Below, in pieces: positions 55,554-64,000 of a stretch of 64,000 nucleotides of DNA. Under the pieces are notes generated by a model. The model did no database searches. It saw nothing but the letters and a program-made list of their open reading frames with translations, and was not told where the DNA came from. Each line of letters begins with the position of its first letter. Positions within the stretch are counted from its first letter, which is position 1. The stretch spans positions 13,788 to 77,787 of the forward strand of contig CAJLEF010000002.1 of assembly GCA_905205665.1 (NCBI GenBank), in the 5' to 3' direction. Made by a program: the position numbers and the translations under genes. The DNA comes from an uncultured Bacillota bacterium. GTDB lineage: Bacteria > Bacillota_I > Bacilli_A > RF39 > UBA660.

Positions 55554-57101
55554 TTAATTTTCATTCATAAAATCCGCAACATTAATAATTTTCATCTCAA
55601 GAGATTTATAAAAGTCTTCATCATGTGAAACCAGTATTAAGGCGCCTTCATAATTTTTAATAGCTTCTTGTAAAGATTCTTTGGCAAGTTCATCTAAATG
55701 ATTGGTAGGTTCATCTAGTATTAATAAATTAGATGGCTTAAGCATTAACTCAGCTATTTTAATTTTAGCTTGCTCTCCTCCACTTAACGTTTTTATATTC
55801 TGCATTTGATGTTCACTTTTAAGAGCAGATTTGGCAAGTACACTACGGATTTCTTTATTATTTTTAGTAGGATACTTTCTTTCTAAATATTTTATAGGAG
55901 TCAGACTATCATCATCCCACTTTAAATCTTGTTCAAAATAATTTATTTGTAAATGTGGGGATAAAGTAACACTGCCACCTAAACTTGGAATATAACCTAA
56001 GATAGTTTTAATAAGAGTTGATTTTCCTAAACCATTAAAACCAATTAAAACTATTTTTTCTTGTTTTCTTATTTTAAAGCAAACATTTTTTAAAAGAGGA
56101 TAATAATATCCAACAGTTAAATTGGATATTTCTAAAACATCGGTATCGTTTAGTTCCTTATAAGAAAAAGCAAAATTTGGTTTAGCTAACTTAACTTGTT
56201 TGTCTAATTTTTCTATTTTAGCCAACTTTTTTTCTCTACTTTTAGCCATCTTAGCCGTAGAAGCACGGGCTTTATTCTTTTCAATGTAGATTTCTAGTTT
56301 CTTAATTTCTTTTTGTTGAGAGACATACGCCCTTTCGTACTCTTCACTCTTCATTTGTTTTTGCTTCAAGAAATTTTGAAAGTTTCCCTTATATTTATTA
56401 AGTTGTTGATGGGCAATGTCACAAACGGAAGTACATATTTCTTCTAAAAAAGAGGTGTCATGAGATACTACTAAGAAAGTATGGGGATAGCTTTTTAAAA
56501 AATTAGTTAGCCATAGAATATGTTCTTTATCTAAAAAATTAGTAGGTTCATCTAAAATAAGTACTTCTGGATTTTGCAATAAAAGACGAGCTAAGATAAC
56601 TTTAGCACGTTGTCCTCCACTTAAATTTTTAATTTGGTTATCAAGTCCTAAGGCACTAAGACCAAGACCAGAAGCTGTTTTTAATATAATAGTATTTAAA
56701 GAATAAAAATCACGTTGTTGTAATTCATTTTGATAATAGCTAATTTGTCTTAAAATGTCTTCATGATAGTTTTTAGAAAGATCATCATATAGCTTTGTTA
56801 ATTTTTTATCCATTTCATATAAATCATTAAAAGCCGTATTTAAGTAATCATATATGGTTAGATTTTCATCTATTTGAGCATATTGATCTAAAATACCTAA
56901 AGAAACATTTCTTTGCCACTTAATCTCACCACGGTCAGGGATAACCTCATTAGTAATAATTTTTAAAAAAGTACTTTTACCCGCGCCATTTGGTCCGACT
57001 ATGCCAACATGTTCTCCTTTAAAAATTTCTAAAGAGGCATTTTTATATAAAACTTTATCATCATATGAGTGACTTAAATTATTTATTTCTAGTAAAGCCA
57101 T
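55554..57101 (-). CDS. ABC-F family ATPase (two ABC domains, no TM domain)
   Basis: Two Walker A motifs (GPNGAGKST; GFNGLGKST), two LSGG signatures, and an inter-domain charged linker. The ATG at 57101 has an AAGGAAG RBS. Confidence 0.85.
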   Translation of the reverse strand: MALLEINNLSHSYDDKVLYKNASLEIFKGEHVGIVGPNGAGKSTFLKIITNEVIPDRGEIKWQRNVSLGILDQYAQIDENLTIYDYLNTAFNDLYEMDKKLTKLYDDLSKNYHEDILRQISYYQNELQQRDFYSLNTIILKTASGLGLSALGLDNQIKNLSGGQRAKVILARLLLQNPEVLILDEPTNFLDKEHILWLTNFLKSYPHTFLVVSHDTSFLEEICTSVCDIAHQQLNKYKGNFQNFLKQKQMKSEEYERAYVSQQKEIKKLEIYIEKNKARASTAKMAKSREKKLAKIEKLDKQVKLAKPNFAFSYKELNDTDVLEISNLTVGYYYPLLKNVCFKIRKQEKIVLIGFNGLGKSTLIKTILGYIPSLGGSVTLSPHLQINYFEQDLKWDDDSLTPIKYLERKYPTKNNKEIRSVLAKSALKSEHQMQNIKTLSGGEQAKIKIAELMLKPSNLLILDEPTNHLDELAKESLQEAIKNYEGALILVSHDEDFYKSLEMKIINVADFMNEN

Positions 57102-57190
57102 ATTATCTTCCTTTCTTTTAAACAAATAATAATTTGTTAAATATTTAGCTATTTTTTTTCTTTTTTAAGAGCAAAATTTTTTCATTTTTA

Positions 57191-57248
57191 TACTTTGGAG
57201 TAATTTTTATAAAAAGGTATGAAAAAAGCCCTTAAATAAAGAGCTTTT
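57191..57248. repeat. tRNA-linked composite repeat, copy E (shortened: one AGTAATTTT unit plus the terminator hairpin)
   Basis: TACTTTGGAGTAATTTTTATAAAAAGGTATGAAAAAAGCCCTTAAATAAAGAGCTTTT lies immediately 3' of tRNA-Glu. Confidence 0.75.
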
Positions 57249-57260
57249 CAATAACAAATT

Positions 57261-57337
57261 TGGTGACCCGTACGGGATTTGAACCCATGAATGCATGCGT
57301 GAAAGGCATGTGTGTTCAACCACTTCACCAACGGGCC
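57261..57337 (-). tRNA. tRNA-Glu (anticodon TTC)
   Basis: The reverse complement is GGCCCGTTGGTGAAGTGGTTGAACACACATGCCTTTCACGCATGCATTCATGGGTTCAAATCCCGTACGGGTCACCA. Confidence 0.9.
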
Positions 57338-57347
57338 ATAAACAAAA

Positions 57348-57424
<77 letters not shown>

Positions 57425-57444
57425 ATTTCATAAACGACTACTAT

Positions 57445-57473
57445 ATTTTAACTTATAAATTAACTTTTGGCAA
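57445..57473 (-). promoter_or_regulatory. sigma-A type promoter of the tRNA-Ile/Glu pair
   Basis: On the minus strand: TTGCCA, a 17-nt spacer, then TAAAAT. Confidence 0.5.
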
Positions 57474-57526
57474 GTCTTTTTTTATAAATTAATTAATAAT
57501 CAGCCTTTTATTGAAAACAATAAAAA

Positions 57527-57617
57527 TGGCGGAGCAGGAGAGATTTGAACTCTCGCGCCAGTTTCCCGACCTACACCCTTAGCAGGGGCGCCTCTTCAGC
57601 CTCTTGAGTACTACTCC
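57527..57617 (-). tRNA. tRNA-Ser (anticodon GCT), long variable arm
   Basis: The reverse complement is GGAGTAGTACTCAAGAGGCTGAAGAGGCGCCCCTGCTAAGGGTGTAGGTCGGGAAACTGGCGCGAGAGTTCAAATCTCTCCTGCTCCGCCA. Confidence 0.9.
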
Positions 57618-57639
57618 ATAACCAAGTGATTACTAGTAA

Positions 57640-57668
57640 ATTTTACTATATTTAATTTAGCTAGTCAA
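57640..57668 (-). promoter_or_regulatory. sigma-A type promoter of tRNA-Ser
   Basis: On the minus strand: TTGACT, a 17-nt spacer, then TAAAAT. Confidence 0.55.
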
Positions 57669-57690
57669 TCACAAATTTGCAATTTATTTA

Positions 57691-57990
57691 TTATTTTATG
57701 TTTTTTATGGCAAAATCATTCAATATTTTCCCTTTTATAGTAAAAGAGCCAATAAAATAAACGCATGAGCAAAGCATTAAGATAATACTCATTGTCCAAG
57801 TAGCCCAATTAAGTTCTTTAGAAAGATAACCACTAATCACAAGAAAAACAGAAAACAAAATACCTATTAAACCAATTATCCTTAATCTTAAAAGTCTTTT
57901 TTTCATTTCTTTTCCTTTAGTTGTTTCATAAAATTTTCGCTTTAATTCTTTTTTTTCTGTCTTGGTCATTCTTTGATATTTATTTTTCAC
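57691..57990 (-). CDS. hypothetical small membrane protein (2 TM helices)
   Basis: Basic N terminus, then two hydrophobic helices. No recognised family. Confidence 0.45.
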   Translation of the reverse strand: MKNKYQRMTKTEKKELKRKFYETTKGKEMKKRLLRLRIIGLIGILFSVFLVISGYLSKELNWATWTMSIILMLCSCVYFIGSFTIKGKILNDFAIKNIK

Positions 57991-58053
57991 AAGATACTCC
58001 TTTCCTTCCTTGATTATAACATACTTTAAATTTAAATATCATAAAATTTAGAA

Positions 58054-58422
58054 ATGAAAGATATTAGTGAGAATTTAAAGGAATTAGAAATTGAAGATTT
58101 TATTTGGGTTATTTCTCTTTTCTCTGCTTGTTTTGCTTTATTATCTAATAAACTAGAAAAAGATTATCTTTATACTCATAATCTTTCTAAAGAAAAAGAA
58201 TATAAAACAATTAATATCACTCTTTTAGTCATCGCCTTTTTTATTTATCTTTATTTTATGATGTTAAATTATAAACGTATTAAAAGAAACACCCATCAAT
58301 CATTTAAACAAATGAGAATCAATAATGCAAACTTTCTAGCTGCTACTCTAATTGTCCTAGCTACCATTATTTATATTATGACTTCTATCCTTAGTACTAA
58401 CGAATTAGAAATTTTGCCGTAA
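58054..58422 (+). CDS. hypothetical membrane protein (3 TM helices)
   Basis: Hydrophobic segments FIWVISLFSACFALL, ITLLVIAFFIYLYFMML and FLAATLIVLATIIYIM. Divergent from the previous gene. Confidence 0.45.
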   Translation: MKDISENLKELEIEDFIWVISLFSACFALLSNKLEKDYLYTHNLSKEKEYKTINITLLVIAFFIYLYFMMLNYKRIKRNTHQSFKQMRINNANFLAATLIVLATIIYIMTSILSTNELEILP

Positions 58423-58437
58423 AAAAAAAGAAAAGAA

Positions 58438-58860
58438 TTACTCTTTTCCTTGTAACATATTAAGTAAGTCAATTTTAAAGATATCTTTAGAAGCATTTGT
58501 TTTACTAATCATGATACCTTTATAAGTTCCAAGTTCTGAACGATGACCTTCAAGTAAAATATCTTTTGGTGTAATTTCTTTTAACATAACAGTTTCTTCT
58601 TTCGTATAAACCGTATAAATAAGTTTAACTTCGCCATGAACTTGAGCAAACATTGCATCACTTGGTAATTTAAGCTCATACGTTACTGTTCCAGCTTTTT
58701 TATTTTGACTGATCACTTCACCGTCAAATTTTCCTTCTTTTAAATCTGGATAATATTCAAAGCTTAATTTTTTAAAAGCTCTCATATTATAACGTTTCAA
58801 AGCTCTTTCTAGTTTACGAAACTCATTTTCGTTCACATAATCCAATACATAATTTTTCAT
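58438..58860 (-). CDS. hypothetical cytoplasmic protein (140 aa)
   Basis: A clean ORF with a perfect upstream promoter. No recognised family. Confidence 0.5.
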   Translation of the reverse strand: MKNYVLDYVNENEFRKLERALKRYNMRAFKKLSFEYYPDLKEGKFDGEVISQNKKAGTVTYELKLPSDAMFAQVHGEVKLIYTVYTKEETVMLKEITPKDILLEGHRSELGTYKGIMISKTNASKDIFKIDLLNMLQGKE

Positions 58861-58893
58861 TTTTTACCCCCTATAAACCCTTTTCGTACTTTA

Positions 58894-58922
58894 AGTATAG
58901 CACAAAAGCTTTAAAATGTCAA
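58894..58922 (-). promoter_or_regulatory. sigma-A promoter (consensus -35, near-consensus -10) with a duplicated -35 box
   Basis: On the minus strand: TTGACA, a 17-nt spacer, then TATACT. The -35 lies in the tandem repeat CAAATTTGACA-CAAATTTGACA (58917-58938 on the plus strand). Confidence 0.6.
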
Positions 58923-59004
58923 ATTTGTGTCAAATTTGCATTTTCTTCTTGCATTTCTATTTTCTCCTATTGGGGCTATATCATACCACAATCGACAATA
59001 CTTG

Positions 59005-59253
59005 TCAAATTTTTTTCGTATTTAAGTGAACAATCGTTTGTCCTATGTTCCAAGGATCTAAATAAAATTCTTTAACACGTTTATCTTTTTTTAATATTTC
59101 ATGGACTTCTTTTTTTAATTTGCCAGAGCCTTTGCCATGAATAAAGATAATCACCGGATGACCTAGTTTAACGTTATCAGATATAAATTCATGAACGACT
59201 GTATAAGCCGTAACAGCTAGTTCACCATGTAAATCTTTAGTTGGAACCGTCAT
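59005..59253 (-). CDS. stand-alone Smr (small MutS-related) domain protein
   Basis: DLHG...IIFIHGKGSGKLKKEV gives the Smr DLHG and HGxG motifs. 4-nt overlap with the upstream kinase gene. Confidence 0.7.
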   Translation of the reverse strand: MTVPTKDLHGELAVTAYTVVHEFISDNVKLGHPVIIFIHGKGSGKLKKEVHEILKKDKRVKEFYLDPWNIGQTIVHLNTKKI

Positions 59254-60221
59254 GCTTGTTCCTTAGCTTGAGGCATTTCTGGGCTAGTATTTATTGAAGG
59301 TTCTACAGGTCCAAACTTACTTTCATATTCATGAATCACATCAGATAATAATGGAATAGAGTTTTTAGCTCCGTATTTTGTTGTTGATAATGCAGCAGCA
59401 ATATTAGCAAGACGAATACATTTTTCTAAATCATATTTTTTAAGTAAGCCATAGATGAAGGCTCCATCAAAGATATCTCCTGCGCCTGTTCTATCTACTT
59501 CGCCTACATTTATAGTTGGCATAACTCTTACGTTACCATCAATACTATATAAAACACCTTTATTATGTAATGTGACAATGTTATTACTATTAGGGAAAAG
59601 ATCTTTTAATTCTTTATATAAGTTAAATAAATGTTCTCCGTTATCTGGATCCACCTTCATTTTTGTAACCATACAAGCAAATTCTAAAGAAAAAATAACG
59701 TATTTAGCATATTTAGCTAAAGCAATAACTTCTTTCGTGTCCGCATAATTTAAACCAGCTCCCAAAACAGAAATACTTTGTGGAAATTTATTAAAGGCAC
59801 TCAAAGTAGCTGAATACTCAAATCCATCTGTGTAAATTGCATCAGGAATCACATCATAATCACTTTTTTTCAAATGATATACCTCAGGTTCTACCATTAG
59901 TTGTGTTCTACTCGTTGTTTCTTTATTAGCTAAAATAAATGTTGAAGTTGTTTTCTTTTCATAATTGACTTCCATAAATTGGGTATGAACATTGTGGGAC
60001 TCTAATTCTTTTTTGACATTATTGCCAAGTTCGTCATAACCAACAACTCCAGCAAAATAAGAATCTACATTCCATTTACCAAGCAAGGCGGCAACATTGG
60101 AAGAAGAACCACCACTCGCTTCTAATTTTTCTTTTAAAATAATTTTACTATTTTCCACAGGATATTTATCCATAGGAATTGTTATGTCATATGTAATTTT
60201 TCCTATATTTAGGGCTAACAT
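59250..60221 (-). CDS. PfkB-family carbohydrate kinase (ribokinase-like)
   Basis: GGSSSNVA N-terminal motif and DRTGAGDIFDGAFIYGLL, the PfkB signature 2. Confidence 0.8.
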   Translation of the reverse strand: MLALNIGKITYDITIPMDKYPVENSKIILKEKLEASGGSSSNVAALLGKWNVDSYFAGVVGYDELGNNVKKELESHNVHTQFMEVNYEKKTTSTFILANKETTSRTQLMVEPEVYHLKKSDYDVIPDAIYTDGFEYSATLSAFNKFPQSISVLGAGLNYADTKEVIALAKYAKYVIFSLEFACMVTKMKVDPDNGEHLFNLYKELKDLFPNSNNIVTLHNKGVLYSIDGNVRVMPTINVGEVDRTGAGDIFDGAFIYGLLKKYDLEKCIRLANIAAALSTTKYGAKNSIPLLSDVIHEYESKFGPVEPSINTSPEMPQAKEQA

Positions 60222-60304
60222 AATATCACCTAATCTTTCTATCCATCAACATTATACTATAAAAGAAAGAAAACCTCATAATTAAATGAAATTTTCTTTA
60301 AATA

Positions 60305-62929
60305 TTATTTTTTCTTTTCTTTAAGAGCCGCTTGAGCACAAGCAAGTCTACTAATCAAAACCCGATATAAAGAGCATGATACATAAGAGGCTTTAATAGA
60401 TGTGAAAAAGGAAATACTTTGTGGATCTCCACCTTGTTCACCACAAATACCAATAGACATATTTTTCTTTACTTTTCTTGCTTCTTTAATAGCGTATTTC
60501 ATAAGTTCGCCGACACCATTTTCATCTATTTTTTGGAATGGGTCTAATTTTAAAATATTATTTTCTTCATAACATTTTAAGAATTTACCGGCATCATCAC
60601 GAGAAAAGCCAAAAGTCATTTGGGTTAAGTCATTTGTACCAAAAGAGAAAAAGTTAGCTTTTTTAGCAATTTCACCAGCCATCAAGCATGTCCTTGGTAA
60701 CTCAATCATCGTACCCACTTCATATTTTAAATGACTATCCGTTTCTTTAATTAAATCATCAGCCGTTTTACAAATCACATTTTTAACATAAGTAAATTCT
60801 TTTACATCTGACACAAGAGGAATCATTATTTCTGGGGTTACTTTTATATTTTCTTTTTCCAAGCGAAGAGCAGATTTTATAATCGCGGTCGTTTGCATAA
60901 CAGTAATCTCAGGATAAGTAATTAAAAGTCTACAACCACGGTGACCCATCATCGGATTAAACTCTTTTAAATCTGCTATTCTTAAAGAAAGATTTTCCAT
61001 AGAAATACCAAGTTCACTTGCTAAAGAGGCTTTATCTTCATCTGTCTTTGGTAAAAATTCATGAAGAGGAGGATCTAATAAACGAATCACTACAGCTTTA
61101 TGATTGCATATTTTAAATAGTTCATAAAAATCTTCTTCTTGATAAGGTAAGATTTCCTTTAAATATTTTTGTCTTTCTTCTTTTGATTGAGCCAAAATCA
61201 TTTTTCTAAAGTTTTTAATTCGGGTGGTTTCAAAAAACATATGTTCTGTACGGCATAAGCCTATACCATCGGCCCCAAATTTCATTGCTTCTAAAGCATC
61301 ATGAGGCGTATCTGCATTAACTCTTACTTTTAAAGATTTCACTTCATCTGCCCAACTCATGAAAAGTTGTAATTCAGGGGTTAGCTCAGGATCTTTTTTT
61401 GGTAAAATTCCTTGATAAATAAGTCCTGTCGCACCATCTAAACTTAATTCATCTTTTTCTTTTAAAGTAAGACCTTCTTTAGTTATTAAAATTTTCTTTT
61501 CTTCATCTATATAAATATCTTCACAACCCGCCACACAACAAGTACCCATACCTCTTGCTACTACCGCCGCATGACTTGTCATACCACCATGAATTGTTAA
61601 AACGCCATTAGCGTGGTGCATACCTTCGATATCTTCCGGTGAAGTTTCACTTCGTGCCAAAATAACTTCTTCCCCATTTTGATGGGCTAAAATGGCTTCT
61701 TTGGCATTAAAATAAAGATGACCAGAAGCCGCGCCAGGACTTGCCGCTAAACCATGAGCGATAGGCTTTGTTTTCGAAAGTACATCACTATCAAAAGTTT
61801 TATGTAAAAAACTATCTAGAGATTTAGCCTCCACACTAAGAATAGCTTCTTGTTTACTCATTAAACCTTCTTTAACCATATCAACAGCTATTTTTACAGC
61901 CGCCCGACCTGTTCTTTTACCTACTCTCGTTTGTAAAAGATAAAGTTTATTATCTTGAACAGTAAATTCCATATCTTGCATGTTATGGTAATGAGCTTCT
62001 AATATTTTCGCGTCCTTTTTAAATTCTTCATAAATTAATGGCATTGTTCTTTTTAAAGTATCCATTTTTAAAGGAGTTCGAACACCTGAAACGACATCTT
62101 CCCCTTGGGCATTCATTAAATATTCACCATAAATTTCATTTTCGCCAGTAGCAGGATTTCTTGTAAAAGCAACACCGGTAAGAGAATTATCTCCCCAGTT
62201 GCCATAAACCATTTCTTGAATGTTTACTGCTGTTTTATATTCTTCAGGAATATTATTTAACTTACGGTAATAAATAGCTCTTTCATTTTCCCAACTGTTA
62301 AAGACAGCTTTAATCGCATTAAATAATTGTTCATAAACATCACTTGGAAATTCTTCTTTTGTTTTATACGTATAGATTTGTTTATACATTTTAACAATTG
62401 TTTTTAAGTCTTCACCTGTTAAATCTAAATCAGATTGATAACCTTTTTTCGTCTTAAATTCTGCTAAAACTTCTTCGCATTCTTTTCTGCCACAACCTTT
62501 AACAACATCTAAATACATCATAATAAGACGACGGTAAGAATCATAAGCAAATCTATCACTTGTTTTTAAAGCCAATGATTCTACTACCTCATCATTTAAA
62601 CCTAAATTTAAAATCGTATCCATCATACCAGGCATACTAACCACAGAACCACTTCTAACACTTAAAAGAAGAGGATTTTCTTTAGAACCTAAAACTTTTC
62701 CTGTTTCTTGTTCTATTTTTTTAATACCCTCGCAAACTTCTTCCTTTAAATTCTCATTTAAAGTTTTGTTTTCATTGTAATAAAGATTACAAGCCTCAGT
62801 AGTAACCGTAAGTCCCTTAGGAACTGGTAAGCCTAAATTTGTCATCTCCGCTAAATTAGCACCTTTACCACCTAAAAGCATCTTCATATCTTTGTTACCT
62901 TCATTAAATAGATAAACATATTTTTTCAT
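60305..62929 (-). CDS. ppdK: pyruvate, phosphate dikinase
   Basis: 874 aa. LLGGKGANLAEM, GGMTSHAAVVARGMG (phospho-His) and a PEP-utilising C-terminal domain. Confidence 0.95.
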   Translation of the reverse strand: MKKYVYLFNEGNKDMKMLLGGKGANLAEMTNLGLPVPKGLTVTTEACNLYYNENKTLNENLKEEVCEGIKKIEQETGKVLGSKENPLLLSVRSGSVVSMPGMMDTILNLGLNDEVVESLALKTSDRFAYDSYRRLIMMYLDVVKGCGRKECEEVLAEFKTKKGYQSDLDLTGEDLKTIVKMYKQIYTYKTKEEFPSDVYEQLFNAIKAVFNSWENERAIYYRKLNNIPEEYKTAVNIQEMVYGNWGDNSLTGVAFTRNPATGENEIYGEYLMNAQGEDVVSGVRTPLKMDTLKRTMPLIYEEFKKDAKILEAHYHNMQDMEFTVQDNKLYLLQTRVGKRTGRAAVKIAVDMVKEGLMSKQEAILSVEAKSLDSFLHKTFDSDVLSKTKPIAHGLAASPGAASGHLYFNAKEAILAHQNGEEVILARSETSPEDIEGMHHANGVLTIHGGMTSHAAVVARGMGTCCVAGCEDIYIDEEKKILITKEGLTLKEKDELSLDGATGLIYQGILPKKDPELTPELQLFMSWADEVKSLKVRVNADTPHDALEAMKFGADGIGLCRTEHMFFETTRIKNFRKMILAQSKEERQKYLKEILPYQEEDFYELFKICNHKAVVIRLLDPPLHEFLPKTDEDKASLASELGISMENLSLRIADLKEFNPMMGHRGCRLLITYPEITVMQTTAIIKSALRLEKENIKVTPEIMIPLVSDVKEFTYVKNVICKTADDLIKETDSHLKYEVGTMIELPRTCLMAGEIAKKANFFSFGTNDLTQMTFGFSRDDAGKFLKCYEENNILKLDPFQKIDENGVGELMKYAIKEARKVKKNMSIGICGEQGGDPQSISFFTSIKASYVSCSLYRVLISRLACAQAALKEKKK

Positions 62930-62969
62930 ATCCTTGTCCTCCTATTCTTTTATTATAAGGGAAAAGTGA

Positions 62970-63002
62970 TAAAAAAAGTCAGCAAATTTTACTTTGTTGA
63001 CT
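62970..63002 (-). terminator. intrinsic terminator upstream of ppdK (ends the 63015+ gene)
   Basis: On the minus strand: AGTCAACAAA-gtaaaa-TTTGCTGACT hairpin, then T7. Confidence 0.65.
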
Positions 63003-63014
63003 AAACTTTACTTT

Positions 63015-64000
63015 TTAATAAGAGATTACTTTAAATGTATTAGTGCATGAACTACTACGACAATAACTACCATAAGCTAAAACAGAGTTATTACCCATGG
63101 TTGTTAAAGAATCAATATTTTTAATATCATTAAAAGTTTTTACATTTTTCCAAACATTATTAATTTTCTCAAATATAATGATTTGATTACTCAACGGTTT
63201 ATAATAAACGAAACTATTATCAGTCAAACGAGCGATTTTGTTGTAACTATTCGCATTCGCATCAATTGTAACTCCCGTGGAGGATTTTAGAGTTTCTTCA
63301 TACCACTGTCTAGAACTTCCTTGATGATTAACCGTATATAAATATATATATTCTCCTGAGTTAAAAGAAATAAAAGGTGTATTCATCCAAGCACTACTAT
63401 ATTCACTCCAGAAAAGAAGATTATGGCGGTTTTCTACATCACCAGCTATATAAAGACCTCTTTTAGAACTATTTACACGTTTTAACGCATTATAATTAAA
63501 ATCAGTGCCGATACCATTACCATTTAATGGCACTTTAATTACTTCATAACAATTTCCGGTATTACTGCATGTATTCAGATAATAGCATGTATATCCTTGA
63601 CAATAAAAGTCATTAAATTCGTCATAATAACCCTTAGGACCACGTCTCATGACATAAGAACGACCCGAAGCCCAAGCAGAAAATCCAGAAACTTCAACTG
63701 TCGTTAAAGTAGGACTGCCACAATAGAATCGGCTACTAGTTTCCCTATAAGTACTATTACCCCCAACAACCACTTTAGAATCAGTTAGTCTAGCTCCTAC
63801 AATATCACAAAATCCACCACCTTTTTCAACCATAGATGTTGCACTTCCAGAAATGTTTTGTTTTGGACCTATAGTTAATTTACCATTACTATACTGTAAA
63901 ACCCATGCTTCTAAAAAAGATTTATTATATTCACTATCAGAACCTTTTCCATAAAAACCAATTACTTTACCATTTCCTAAAGGAATTATATAATCAAGAC
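63015..64000 (-). CDS. hypothetical Cys/Tyr/Asn-rich protein, probably extracytoplasmic; 5' end runs off the window
   Basis: The frame is open from 63833 to the right edge (no in-frame tta/cta/tca triplets), so the ORF-track start is internal. No recognised family. Confidence 0.5.
   Translation of the reverse strand, partial: LDYIIPLGNGKVIGFYGKGSDSEYNKSFLEAWVLQYSNGKLTIGPKQNISGSATSMVEKGGGFCDIVGARLTDSKVVVGGNSTYRETSSRFYCGSPTLTTVEVSGFSAWASGRSYVMRRGPKGYYDEFNDFYCQGYTCYYLNTCSNTGNCYEVIKVPLNGNGIGTDFNYNALKRVNSSKRGLYIAGDVENRHNLLFWSEYSSAWMNTPFISFNSGEYIYLYTVNHQGSSRQWYEETLKSSTGVTIDANANSYNKIARLTDNSFVYYKPLSNQIIIFEKINNVWKNVKTFNDIKNIDSLTTMGNNSVLAYGSYCRSSSCTNTFKVISY

Overview
A strongly AT-rich chromosomal segment from a spore-forming Bacillota (Firmicutes) genome. 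Nearly all genes are on the minus strand.

Most of the window is core housekeeping:
- Ribosomal proteins: rplS, rpsP, rpsU, rpsB, rpmF.
- Translation factors and related: tsf, frr, tig.
- tRNA synthetases and tRNA modification: tyrS, serS, thrS, queA, tmcAL.
- DNA replication and repair: polA, mutM, holA, lexA, rnhC.
- Central carbon metabolism: xfp, tkt, ppdK.
- Sporulation genes: a GerM-like protein, cotE, gpr, spoVAC/AD/AE and a SirA-like gene.

There are 15 tRNA genes in five minus-strand clusters, each with a textbook sigma-A promoter (17-nt spacer). Three T-box leaders precede tyrS, an HD-hydrolase-serS operon, and an ORF-thrS operon. I saw no CRISPR array, integrase, transposase or rRNA.

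The observations most worth following up:
1. A tightly packed five-gene operon: Alr-type racemase, Asl-like ATP-grasp ligase, AsnB amidotransferase, a transglutaminase-fold protein and a 72-aa ORF.
2. Ribosomal protein L32 carries an N-terminal extension that looks like the Prp-cleaved L27 propeptide.
3. A composite repeat family abuts the 3' ends of tRNA genes, and two small tRNA-flanked islets are associated with it. One islet holds an orphan 410-aa protein.
4. One protein is built from seven tandem RNA-polymerase alpha-CTD-like modules.
5. T-box operons carry extra cargo: a (p)ppGpp-hydrolase-like HD protein ahead of serS, and an ORF in frame with a TGS-less thrS across a single TAG.
6. An orphan Mrr-type nuclease sits between rpsP and cotE.

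All functional calls come from reading motifs by eye. No searches were run.
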